Assembly: GCA_951406725.2 (NCBI GenBank)
Contig: OX597835.1
Span: 23,126,001-23,190,000 of the forward strand
Source: Octopus vulgaris
Taxonomy: Eukaryota
Length of the DNA stretch: 64,000 nucleotides
Direction: 5' to 3'
Position 1 is the stretch's first letter. Each line of letters opens with the position of its first letter. Shown piece after piece: positions 13,231 through 26,583 of the stretch. The notes beneath the pieces are model-generated. The model was not told the origin of the DNA and did not search any database. It worked only from the letters and a program-made list of their open reading frames with translations. The translations under genes were made by a program, and so were the position numbers.

Positions 13231-15004
13231 ACCACCATGGCCTGTTACTGGAACTCACTTGTTACACCACATATTTTGCATAGTTACACTGCATGCTGTT
13301 TGATTACAAATGTAATTTTTTTTTTGTATTTTTACAATATTTCATAAATAAACTTTAATAATTAACACTCATGTTGTTATCTTCAAAACCATGTCAAAGA
13401 TACAGAACAAAATATTTTCTCAAATTATGAAAATGTACCACCGGTGGTGTATATGGCGGTTGTGTGAAGTTTGTGACAAACTGCTGATGGTACAAGTGGT
13501 AGTTAACGTGTTAAAGAACTATGTAGACTTTATATTTTGGAGAAAGTCTACAATGTGGCGAAAATTATATGAGAATTGTTAATGACAATGATCAATTAAT
13601 TAGTTGAAGATGATTGTTTGGTATCCAATCAATTTATATTCAAAGACTTTGATACGCTCTTTTTTGTCTAACAGTAGAATGCTGTGTGGAGACTAGCATG
13701 CCAAAGAATAGACCCAACATTTCCTCTGCTTGTCATAAAAAGAGACTAAAAAAAGTTGAGGTAGCATTTGCACTTTGACCTCATAAAACCCTCACCAGCA
13801 ATGACTACCCAAACAGATCTAACAAGTCCTCTCCCCTGGGGAAGTACCTTGATTGCCTATAAAGCATATTGTATGAAATGGTTGGGGCAAAGACACCAAG
13901 ACACCCATCCACCTAATGGGGAAAACTCTGGAGGACAGATTGGGTTGGAGGGTTGTAGCCTGGGTGGTGCAAAGGTGTCATCCACCAGGAGTAGGGAATC
14001 TCAGATCCACCTGAGAAAACCTATTTGGTGGATTGCCCCCATACCTGACAAGAGAAAGACACCTTAGTAAGAATGGATGAACAGAACACTATGATTTTGA
14101 AATTTATTCAAAAAGTCCTTTTCAATCATGAAAAACTGCATCCCCCTTCGTGGGAGCCTGTACAACAAGGATCATTTTTTGCTAATAGAAACTTACTTTA
14201 ACCCTTTTCATGCTAACATGCTAGAGATCACTCCTGGTTCCTTGACACAAACATCTTGATTTACAATGATCTAAATTCAAACCTTACATCAAAATTTCAT
14301 GTTAATTCAAGTTCCAAACACCAACTTAATAATAACAAAATTGTCATTTCCCTAAATCCTTCATTATTTTCAAATTTAATTGAAACAAAGGCCATATACA
14401 TCAAAAATATGGTAACAAAAGGGTCGAAGCACTGTAATTAACAAGATTATCCCAGCCTTGTTCTTGTATCTTCTCATTTGAATTAAGAAGTTCACTCAGA
14501 TACTTCTTAGTAAATTAATTATAAAATTAACAAAATGTCGATGTAAAACATTGTTAGAATTTAAGTTGATTCACTGGTCATTCTTATTTGTTTTTCATTT
14601 CTCAAACTGACCAATGATATTCTGCAAGGTTTCATTATAACAATATATTTGTACTGATACTGCATCTGCTACTGTCTTAATACCAGATTCCAAAGAAAAA
14701 CCGAAACACTTTGCATAAAACTGAACCTGAGCACTTTGTAGTGCACCTGAGCATTGTATACAATAAGTTCATTATTCTCAGTTTAGCATTTCACATTAGT
14801 AAATTCAGATAAAATATTACAAGGAAGGGGAAAAATGGTTCTTTGCAAACATCCTGAGAAGAATGATAATAAAATAATAAATCAACCAGACCCACACCCC
14901 TCAGAAAACCCCCACAATATCTTCCTAAAATAATTCTAAATATTTTACAGTTAAATGTTAGCTATCTTCATTCTCTAATTAATCACTGTTCATAACACAC
15001 ACAC

Positions 15005-16262
15005 ACACACAATTAATTCTTTATTTTGAGACATGTTTCTAGAAATTCTTCTTCATTTTGACTATTTTTATTTTTCTAGATATTTCTTCTTTGAACACAC
15101 CAAAAGAAAATAAAAATTGCAGAATGGAATTCAATCCAGCATTTACACCACAAATATTAGTATTTCGTGTTTTACATTATTGTTTTATAATACATTTCTT
15201 CCAAATATTTACACAAATATTAGAATATATCCTTAATTTTTAGATTTTACAGGGAGCATAAGAAAGACGACTATCATTTCCTATTAAAAAAAAAGAAAGA
15301 AAAAGGAGGGGTGTGTGTGTGTGTGTGCACTATCTGCAAAAGTGCCGTGACTACAAAACATTTTATAACAAACAAGACATAGAATAAAAATATAAGTGAA
15401 ATACAAAAGAATTGTTTTCAATGCAAGTCATGATCTGGTTTGGGGATCTTCTCTCTCTCCCTAATTTATTACCCACTTTAAAGCAGCTTTTTTGTTTAAC
15501 TGATTTTCTTCGTTTATTTAATTTTTTTTTTTTTTTTTTTTTTGGTGAGGGGGAGCAGCAATTTTGTTATTACAATTTCTACATTTTCAGAAACAGTGAT
15601 AAGAAAAAATAAAAAAAACAAAAAAAAAAGGGTGGGGAAATGGAAAAAGTTCCAGTTATATGCAATAGCAGCAGACTTTAGATACAGACTTTGGAAATAA
15701 AAGATTTGAAGGAAAATATCAAACAGAACATCAAATTTGAGGATTACAGGAGGTGAGGAGAGGGTGTTTAAAAAAAAAAAAAGAACTTGACTTTAGATGG
15801 GTTTTTTAATTCATTTCAACAAGTTTTTGCAGAAATGGACAACTACATCCTCCAAGACACCAAACTCAGTTCTAAACACTGGTGGAATGTCGGAGGCAGA
15901 TATACATACATTATATATAAAATCACAAACATATATTTGTACACATACATATCATAGGGAGAGAAGAGAGAGCAGGTATAAACTGGTTGTTTTCTTATTT
16001 ATTATATCTAATTATCACAGATTAACATCAATAGAGTTACTATAATTGTAGGAACACAAGAGCTGGACAATTTTAGAGCAACAAAAAAAATAATTTTTTT
16101 TTTAAAAAAAAAGAGAGAGAGAAAATATGAAACTTTCAAATTTCCATCACCATCTGAAGAGGATGAGTAGGTCGGAAACCTTGGGAGCGTTTGTTTCAGC
16201 AAAAACATTATGCAGGATTTTCAAGAGTTCAACAAAAACAGAGTTTCCAGGGTTTCATGGAG
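15005..16262 (-). other. Candidate alternative terminal exon and 3' UTR of the TAB2-like gene
   Basis: Acceptor ttttttttgtatttgaccattcttacag|CT CCA TGA; SINE-free U-rich sequence; AATAAA at 15025-15020 followed about 10 nt later by (GT)n. The link to TAB2 is inferred. Confidence 0.45.
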
Positions 16263-19124
16263 CTGTAAGAATGGTCAAATACAAAAAAAAAGAAACATTT
16301 AACAAATTACAATTTTTGAAGAACTATTTTTTAAAAAAAAGACGCTTTATAAAAAAAAAAAATTTGACTCCAATATGCACTGGTATACCACTGTGCATAT
16401 TACATGAGTTTTGAGGGTGTTTTTGATAAAACTATTTCACTGTTACATTTCTTGTTATTTTTGTTTTTCACACCAAAATCAACACCTTAGAACAGGTGAT
16501 TTATTTTCCATCGTTTACTTGTCACTAGACAGTGACCATGCCAGGGCACTGCCTTGAAGGGTTTAGTCGAATAAATTCATCTTAGTACTTGGTTTTTAAG
16601 CCTGGTACTCATTCTGTAGGTCTCTTTTACCAAACCACTAAGTTAAAGAGGCGAACCTGGAGCCATGTCGTTGGGAAGCCAACTACTTGCCACACAACCA
16701 TCGTTTGAGAAAATGCAGGGGGAGATAAACTATATCCACTTACTTAGCATTATCTCCCTTCGTTAACATGAGTTTTTTTTGTTTTTGTTTTGTTTTTTGA
16801 AGGTGCAATGTCAATTTTTTGGCGATTGAATAGACATGTTTCTCAATAAATTTCTCGAGAGGGGATAAAATGATCCAGAACACAGAGACACTCAACTAGA
16901 CTTTCGTAAGATCTGTCATGGCAAACAGTCCTGCTTTGGCGTTAAACTTCATTTCCTCCAAATTCGTTCCACTTTGAGCTTTATACAGAAACATTATGAA
17001 GTTGTCATTTAACCCCAGCTCAGTTCTAATCGATCAAACCTATGATCAAAAGCGTTTCCACCATGGCCATCTCACCTATATTTTCATTTATGAGGGTTTT
17101 ATGAGTACTTTAGTCAATGCATTCTTTTTGTTAAGACAGCAGGTGAGATTTGTTGAAACCCAGCTCATCTAAGCGATCAAACTTATGATCAAAACATTCC
17201 TGTCATGACCATCTATCTTGTATTTTAATACACAGTGTATTTAGGAGTACTTTTATCAATGCATTCCTTCAAGACAGTAGGGTGTGATTGGGGGAGGGAT
17301 TTAGGCTACTATTTTAAGCAAGTCTTGTACCTATGTAAGAGGTTTCTTACATACGCAGTGTAGCTTTGCAAAATAACGGATTTAAACCTAGTCTAAGGTA
17401 AATTGTTATTAGAAAACAATTCACTGCTGCAAAAAGCTTGAAATATGGGCAAACAATAGTTCAATATTGATGTAATATTAACTCTAAAGCCACATCAGTA
17501 GTGGTGGGTTGACATGGAAACGTATGAATGATTTCATTTAGTCTGCTCATTACATAACTGTATTTCTTAGGTGTCATAAATAGCTTTTAGATACACCTGT
17601 CTTTACAATACCTGTAGGGTTTAAGGGTGAAAGGGTCCTGAAACACCATTAAAGGTCGGCAGGATACAGAGAGAAGAGGTAAAAATGCATTAAATTATAC
17701 ATATAAAACAAGAATTCCTGCCATGAACCAATTTTTAAAAAGTTAAATTGATGAATTACAATGATTGAAAAGTATCAGCCATTTTATAAAGTTTGTTAAA
17801 AAGTACAAAAATAAAATGTAAAAAAACAAAAACAACAACATTAAAGAAGGATTAGACTCAAAGGATTCAAAGCATTTGTCCAAGTGGTTATTTATTAGCT
17901 GCGGTAAACATTCCAAAATACACATCACATGGTAGTTTTTTTTTTTTTTTTTTAACAGGTGAGGCAGAAATATGTTAGGAATAAAACAAAATACAAGGGC
18001 TGATTAGTAGGTTTTTATGAAATAAAGGTGTCCTTAGAATGGTGACAATTACAAATACACTGATTTATTTTCTTACAATTTTCAAGTAACTTACCATTCA
18101 ACACCTGCTTATCCGTGTTTGCATGTATCATTCAGAGAAAACTTGCCGAGGCAGACTCTGTACGGCCAGATGCCTTTCCTGTTGCCAACCCTTACCTATT
18201 TCCAAGCAAGGTAATCTCTCCCCATGGTCTGACATGCTTTTCAGAGAAAACTGGAAACAAACATCATTTATATGATGATGCTCATTTACAACCATCATGG
18301 ATTTGTTAGGCAGAAACTGAAAGAAGCCTCTCTGTGTGTGTGTGTGTTCTCCTCTTGACATTGCATAATAGTTGTTGAACATATTAGTGTCACTGTCATA
18401 CAAGCAATGTCATTCACTTCACTTCCAATATTCTGCAAAAACATGTCTGACCCTGGGGGAATATTACCTTGCTTGGAAACAGGTAAGAATTGGCAACAGA
18501 AACGACATCTGTCAGTAGAAAATCTGCCTCAATAAACTGTGTCCAAGAGTGTCAGACAACCATTAGCTGATGGACTTATTGTTTGAAAACAACCATTGGC
18601 ACTATTCAATATTGCATTCCTGACAAATTCTCTTATGTACTTGGACTAGATGTTCTTACTGCAAACGGTGATGCAAGTAGCAGTACAACACACAGCTGCA
18701 AAGACTGGGAGCAGTGGCATCTGCCAAAATATTTCATTATTTATTTGTAATGTTGCATTAACTTGAGACTTAGAACTAATAGAAATGGTCATATCACACT
18801 TTCATGGCGGTGGAGTTCTATCTCAATAAAATCTATCACCAAATAAGAACATAAGAGAATTGAATTTTTCTCCAGAAATGACTTTAGTTGAAAACACACA
18901 CGATTAGATATATTAACAGAATTAGAAAGGAAAACACACACAAACAAAAACGAATTAAAAGGTGGTTTAGTATGTGTGTGTGTGCGCGTGTGTTATTTTA
19001 ATGATTTTATCAATGGACAGGTAGGGACATACGTGCCCCTTCAAAAATGAACCTTTTTTTAGAAAGTCTTCTTGTAATATCTCTATGTAACCATTTACTG
19101 GTTGCATATCCCCCTCTCTCTCTC

Positions 19125-19496
19125 TCTATGTACATATATATATACATACACACACACACATAAATATACATACATATATATATACACATATTATACACAC
19201 ATATATATACACAAACATACATATTATATATATACATACATACATATTATACACACATATATATACACAAACATACATATTATATATATACATACATACA
19301 TATTATACACACATATATATACACAAACATACATATTATATATATACATACATACATATTATATATATATATATATATATACATATACACGCATATACAT
19401 ACATATACACATATATATATACATGCACATGTATATACATATACACACACACACACATACACATATATATATATATATATATACATACACACACAC

Positions 19497-19537
<41 letters not shown>

Positions 19538-19604
19538 CACACACATATATATATATATATATGCTTATCCTCTGAATATATTTAGTTATACATATCTATC
19601 TATC

Positions 19605-19635
<31 letters not shown>

Positions 19636-19690
19636 ATCAAACCTAATCATGTTTTTCTATTTCTCATATATATATATATATATATATATT
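19125..19690. repeat. Compound (TA)n/(CA)n/(TG)n microsatellite
   Basis: Direct inspection. Confidence 0.95.
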
Positions 19691-20060
19691 CACTTACTTG
19701 TTTCAGTCATTTGACTGTGGTCATGCCAGAACCTTAGTCTAACAAATCAACCCCAAGGACTTATTCTTTGTAAACCTAGTACGTATTCTACTGGTCTCAT
19801 TTGCCGAACCACTAAGTTACAGGGACATAAACACACCAACATTGGTTATCAAGCAATGGTGGGTAGGTGGGGGGTGACAAGACACACACACACACACACA
19901 CACATAATGGGCTTCTTTCAGTTTCCGCCTACCAAATTCACTCACAAGGCTTTGGTTGGTCAGAGGACATAGTAGAAGACACTTGCCCAAGGTGCCATGC
20001 AGTGGAACTGAACCAAGAACCATGTGGTTGGGAAGCAAGCTTCTTACTACACTGTGCCTA
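19690..20060 (-). mobile_element. CORE-type SINE
   Basis: Reverse complement of the 8455-8830 family. Confidence 0.85.
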
Positions 20061-20716
20061 TATATATATATATATGTAGACAGAAACATAATACTTGATT
20101 ATGTTATAACACAGATATATTACTACTAATATACATATAATCATAAGCCATAGAATAAGAAATATTACAACAGCCATTTGGTTGGTTTGTTCATGAACAT
20201 TTATTCATAATTACTGACATAATTGTAGTCTCCAGATTTATTAAATTCAATTCACCCTCATCATTTAATGTCTACTTTTCAATGCTTGCATGGAGCAAAT
20301 AGAATTTGTCGACAGATTTTCTACAGCTGAATGCCCTTCCTGTTACCAACCCTTATCCGGTTCTAAGCATGGTAGTATTTCTCCCATAGCCAGACATGGT
20401 TTTCATGGAAGACTGCAAACACCACCACTTGTATAACACTGATGATTATTTATAACCATTACATGACGTCAAGACAAAAGTATATACACAATGTGTGCAT
20501 ATATATATATTTTTTTACCAGTGTATATTGTCAAGCAATGCAAACATTGTCAAGAAAAACTGATAAACAGATGTTTTTGAACAGAAACACCCTGAGTAGT
20601 ATTCTACTCAAGTTGCACCGATTCTCCTCAATTATTCTCATCCAAAGAAACACAGTAAACCAGTAACAAGAACTAATGAAGCTAATCTAAACAAAATGCG
20701 ATAAAAAAAATGTACA

Positions 20717-20883
20717 CAGGAGTGGCTGTGTGGTAAGTAGCTTGCTTACCAAACACATGGTTCCGGGTTCAGTCCCACTGCGTGGCACCTTGGGCAAGTG
20801 TCTTCTACTATAGCCTTGGGCCAACCAAAGTCTTGTGAGTGGATTTGGTAGACGGAAACTGAAAGAAGCCCGTCGTATATATG

Positions 20884-20914
<31 letters not shown>

Positions 20915-21127
20915 TTGTGTGTCTGTGATTGTCCCCCAAGCATTGCTTGACAACCGATGCTGGTGTGTTTATGTCCCCGTCACTTAGCGGTTCAACAAAA
21001 GAGACTGATAGGATAAGTACTGGGCTTACAAAGAATAAGTCCCGGGGTCGAGTTGCTCGACTAAAGGCAGTGCTCCAGCATGGCTGCAGTCAACTGACTG
21101 AAACAAGTAAAAGAGTAAAGAGTAAAC
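20717..21127 (+). mobile_element. CORE-type SINE, near full length
   Basis: caggagtggctgtgtggtaagtagc...cgtggcaccttgggcaagtgtc...gaaacaagtaaaagagtaaagag. Confidence 0.9.
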
Positions 21128-22145
21128 CAAAAATAGTTACAAGTGAGACAGAGAGTATCATACCAAAAAAAAATAGTATTAATTTTTTTTGTGCACAGAG
21201 AGAGGACTTGATCAACTCTTTGCACTTCCTTCTGCCAGCTAGTATCCTGCTATTAAGAGCAATCATCTGATTCACCTGGTCACTTACTTAGCTCTTCACT
21301 ATTTAGATTACTCTATCAAATGCAATGCTTATTTAATTACACTGTTTTTAATTAATCATACATTATCTCAGCTTTAAGATTTTGACAATGTGATTGCTTA
21401 TTTTTAGAATGGCATTGTATCATAGACCAGATCTGGCTGGTTTGAACAGGTAGAATATTTGGGCCAGATATGGCTGGTTTAAATAACTTTCTAAGCCCAT
21501 CACTATTTTTAACAGGTCCTGAAGGGCTCATTTCTTTCTGAGACATGACTTGATTTCAGAAGAGTTAAAGCAGATACTGATATGTATCTATTGCAAAGCA
21601 TTTCATCTGGTGCCCTAAGATTCAGCCCATCCACTGACCAGGATCAGTACATTATTTATCGACCCTGAAAAGAGGAAAGGTAAAGTTGACCAAGGTGGGA
21701 TTTGAACTCAAAGCATAAAGAGTTAGAAGTAACACTGGAAGGCATTTTTATCTGAGGCTCAAATGACCCTCTCCATTTGACACTAATGTAGGTAACAATT
21801 AGAATATTGTTGGCCATCAACTATTATACACAAAATTAGGCAATGGCATCAAACACATTTCAGGTTATATATTATAACTAGATAAAATTATTGTTATTAT
21901 TATTATTATTATTATTATTAAGGCAGTGAGTTGCCAGAATCATTAGCATGCTGGGATAAACGCTTAGTAGCATTTTGTCCGTCTGCATGCCCTCAGTTCA
22001 AATTCCACCAAGGTTGACTTATCCTTTCGGGATTGATAAAATGAATTCCCTGTTGATGTCAATGTAATCGACTAGTCTCCTCCCCCACAAATTCCAGGTT
22101 TTGTGCCTGTAGTAGAAAGTATTATTATTATTGTTGTTGTTATTA

Positions 22146-22185
<40 letters not shown>

Positions 22186-23395
22186 GGCAGTGTGCTGGCA
22201 GAAATGCTAAAGCATTGGACAAAATGCCAGCAACATTTTTTTTATCTGTTTACTCACTGAGTTCAAATTCTGCTAAAGTCAACTTTGCCTTTCATCTGTT
22301 CAAGGTTCTTAAAATAAAGTACGAGCTAAGTTCTGAGGTTGAGGTAATTGACCGACTCCACAGTACTTGAATGGTACTTTATTTTATCAAATCCTGAAAG
22401 ATTAAAGTAGTTAACCTCAGCAGGATTTGAATTTAGAACATAAAAAAAAAAAAAGACAAATCCAGAAATAATCACTGTTATTTTGACAACGCTAACAATT
22501 ACACCAATCCAGCAAATGAATGACTTTGTTGGTCACAAAAGCATAAGACACCAGTTTCAAAAGGCCAGTAATTTGAGGGGAGGGAGTATGTCGATTATAT
22601 AAAACCCAGTGCTAAACCCCGAAAGGATGAAAGGCAAAGTTGACCTCGGCAGAATTTGAACTCAGATCGTAATGACAGATAAAATGCTGCTAAGCATTTG
22701 CTCCATATGCTAACAATTCTGCCATCTTGCCGCCTTCGCAAAGGCCCAAGATATTGAGGAGAGTACAAGGACAAAATATATATATATAAAAAAAACGAAA
22801 ATTACTTAAAATAAAAGATGAATAAAACCCACAAATATGGAGAGGAGGAACATAGTCAATCCAATATTTAAAACAATAATTATTTTATTGACCCCCCGCC
22901 AACCCCTAAGGAAAGGATATGCAGGATGAAAAGCAAAGCCAACTTTGGTGGGGTTTCAATAAATAAAAGGGACAAAGCAACTGAACACTACAAGGCATAA
23001 TAATCTCTAATAGTTTTCTGTTACAGTCTATAAAACACTTCAACAACAGGACAAAACTGAAAGACACAATCCATTATACAAACAACACATATTATTCATA
23101 AGACTGGTAAACTATGGAATGAAACTGAAGACATAATCTACTGGAGACATAATATTTATTCATAAAATAATTGATAAAGTAAGGAAGGTAATTGAAGACA
23201 TAATCTAGTGTACATACAATATTTATATTATTCACTTTATTTTTGAGACAAATGTCAAGAAAATGAATATTTTAAATTAATTGTGATATCTTTTTCCTTT
23301 TCTAAATCTTTTTGTTTCAATCTTTGTACTACGGCTATGCTGGGGCACTGCCTTGAAATGTTTAGTTGAACAAATTGACCACAGAGCCTATATCT

Positions 23396-23614
23396 TTAAC
23401 CCTTTAGCATTTAACCCGGCCAAAGGTATTCTGCCTGTTTTATGTTCAAACTGGCTAGATCTGGTCTCTTACACCAACCCTACAATATCGTTTTAAAAAT
23501 TAACAGCTACCTCATCAAAATCTCATAGCTACAAGATAATGCCTGATTAGTTCAAAACAATGTGGATGAAGAAGCATTAACTTTGGCAGAATAATGTGAA
23601 CACTAAAGGGTTAA
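23396..23614. mobile_element. piggyBac-like MITE inserted in a CORE-type SINE (about 23315-23883, minus)
   Basis: TTAA-CCCTTTAG ... CTAAAGGG-TTAA termini; related copies at about 21290-21480, 25527-25815, 48935-49305 and 52087-52210. Confidence 0.75.
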
Positions 23615-26550
23615 ACTTTGTACTTATTCTATTAGTTACTTCTGCCGAACCACTAAGTTACAGGGACATAAACAAATTAATGCTGATTGTCAAGTCGTAT
23701 GTTGGGGACAAACACAAGCACACATATATACAACAGGCTTCTTTCAGTTTCCGTCTACCAAATCCACTCACAAGGCTTTGGTAAGCCTGAAGATATAGCA
23801 GCAGACACTTGCCCAACATTCTACGGAGTGGGACTGAACCCAGAACTGTGTTTGGTAAACTTCTTATAACACAGCCATGCCTAGCTTTGTTTTTTTTTTT
23901 AGAATCAACACGGAGATATTTATTGTACTTGAATCTAAGGGCTAAAGGTTCAAGTCCAGCCCTATGTACATTTCTCTGATGCGAAACTAAGGTTGTAGTA
24001 CAGTGCTTTAAGAATTAGTTTAAGCTTTGCCAAAATAATAATATAATGTCTTCGATTTTGTTCCATACTTAAGATGATTCAAAGCATTTGCTTTATACAT
24101 ATTCTTTCAATAAACTTTAATATTAATAATATAGTCACAATGGGAAGGTGGAGAAAAATGAAACAATATTTTCTCTGCAGCATGTTCACACCCTGCCATG
24201 AAAAAATATAGATAACAACACTATAATAAAATATAATGGATAACAATGGAATAAAGAGGTGACAAGTGCATAACAAAGAATATAGTTTTCAAAGATGCTC
24301 CCTCCTAAAACAACACATTCAGTACCACCTCTGTGGACTTGACACTGTTTCAAGAACCAAAAAGCTTCAGATGAAAAAAAAAAAAAAGATTTCAAAAAGA
24401 AATCATGTATTTCACTGTGCTCTATACACTTTGAACCATCAAATAGTTTTTCCAAACAACCGCAGAATTTCCACCGGTACTGCTAGAACTAGCAATTACT
24501 CAATACAAACAATTGTTGCAGGAAGCAAGCAAACAAGAACAATTATGTCAAAGAGTCTTTGAAAAATTAAATAACATTAGAAAAGGGATTTTTATTTTCT
24601 GCTTTTTTTTTTGGTTCTTTCACTGGTTTCATTCACTCAGCATTTTGGCCAAGCTGGGGCACAGCTTTCAAGGGTTTTAGTCAATTATATCAAACCCAGT
24701 ACATAGTCAGGCACTCTTGTTTTATTATTCTTTATTTTAGCAAATGGCTGAGTTTACATCAAGTTACAAGATTTTAAGGAGTTATCTCCACTTTGGGAGC
24801 AAATACCACAAGGGAGTTACACCAACTGACACAAGTACACACAAAGTAATAGTATATATATACACACACACACACGCATATACATACAGAGCATAGAAAT
24901 GCATGCATGGCTGTGTGGTCAAGAAGTTAATTCTTCAACCACATGGGTTCAGGTTCAATCCCACAGCACAGCACCTTGGGCAAGTGTTTTATATCAAAAT
25001 CCACTGCTCTGGTTGAATTTGGTAGATGGAATCTGTAGGGAGCTTGTCATATGCATGTGAATGTGTTCGTATGTATGAATATGTCTATCCTCATCAATTT
25101 TTGAACAAAAAAGTACTGCAGTTTTCATTCCTTATTACCATCCAACCCATGCTAGCATGGAGAACGGATGTTAAACGATGATGATGATTAATATTGCATC
25201 CAGTTGGTCTGCACTTTCTAAGACCTGCGGAACAGAAAAATCACCAACTTGAGAATCAGGTGAAGGCTGTTAACAAGAAGAACATCCACTGTCTTCCACA
25301 CAATTTCCATCTACCAAATTTCCTCTTGTATGGTGTTGGTCAACATGAGGCAATGATAGAAGAATCTATCTGAAAGGCACCATTTGGTGCTAATGAACCT
25401 AGAACATGATTAAAAAGTAAACTTTACAGCACATTTATAATTGAGCTCAATTATGATTAAAACCATTACATAATTAAAATACTAACACTGAAAGTATAGT
25501 GAAGAATACAGAGTTTTGTGTCATCTTAACCCTTTAGTATTGAAGTTGACCAGATCCAGCCCAAATATTTTAACTGCTTTAAAAATAATAATAATAATAA
25601 TAATAATAATAAACATTGTGTACAGTGCTCAGGTGCACTGCTCAAACAGACCAGATACAGCCTCTCACACCTATCCTACACTAACAATGTCATTCTAAAA
25701 ATAAACAATTATATCACTGAAATCTTGAAGCCATGTGACAATGCATGATTAATTCAAAACAATGTGAATAAATACGCAATACATTTCACAGAGTTCTCTG
25801 AATGCTGTAGGGTTAGACACAAATGGAAAGTAAAAATAGATAAAACTGCACTGTTGTGGTGCTGTTTGTTATAATAACAAGGAATATAAACAACAGGAGG
25901 AAAAAAATATTTAGAGCAACAGGAGAAAATTAATTTGGAAGAGATAATTATTGTATAGCTCATTTATAAAATCCTCTAAGACATTGGAAGATGGCCTGCA
26001 AAATGGACTTAGCCGGTAGTGATTGCTTGTAAAGAAGTAACCAAAAATAAAGTAAACAGGTCAGGTGACTTTTTTCTAAGTCATGTTGACATAGACGAAT
26101 TGTTAAATTGAGAACTGAAGTATGTTTGTTGATATGACGATGAGATTAACGATAAGTGGGGAGTAAAGAAAACTAATATTAATTAATATGTATGTGTGGC
26201 AGTCTCTTGTAGAAGGAAAGGGTGTGTGTGTGTGTGTGTGTGGTTTCATCGTCCATGGATAGATAACTGAAAAACATTAATGATCCAAGGATTAAGGAAA
26301 CCATTCACACAAGGAAAGGCTCAATACATTTTGAATGTAAAATAGAACATTTATTAATTGCAGAGTATCCAACAATTGTATGAAAGTTTTAAAGCTGGTA
26401 AGCCAGAGCTTAACGATCTCTTTTCAGAGATTTAGGAAATATTGCTATGCCCTGACAATCTGCAGATACCCTGTATTATATATATAGATCTATATATATA
26501 TATATAGAGAGAGAGAGATCTATATATGTGTATATGTATGTATATATGTA

Positions 26551-26583
<33 letters not shown>

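Noticed and set aside
20687-21275. Recurrent ORFs such as DGLLSVSVYQIHSQ...EDTCPRCHAVGLNPEPC
   Set aside because: They are translations of the CORE-type SINE and repeat at every copy; not host genes.
26360-26445. Hammerhead-like remnant on the minus strand (CTGAAAA...ATACAATTGTT)
   Set aside because: Both core boxes are mutated; too degenerate to call.
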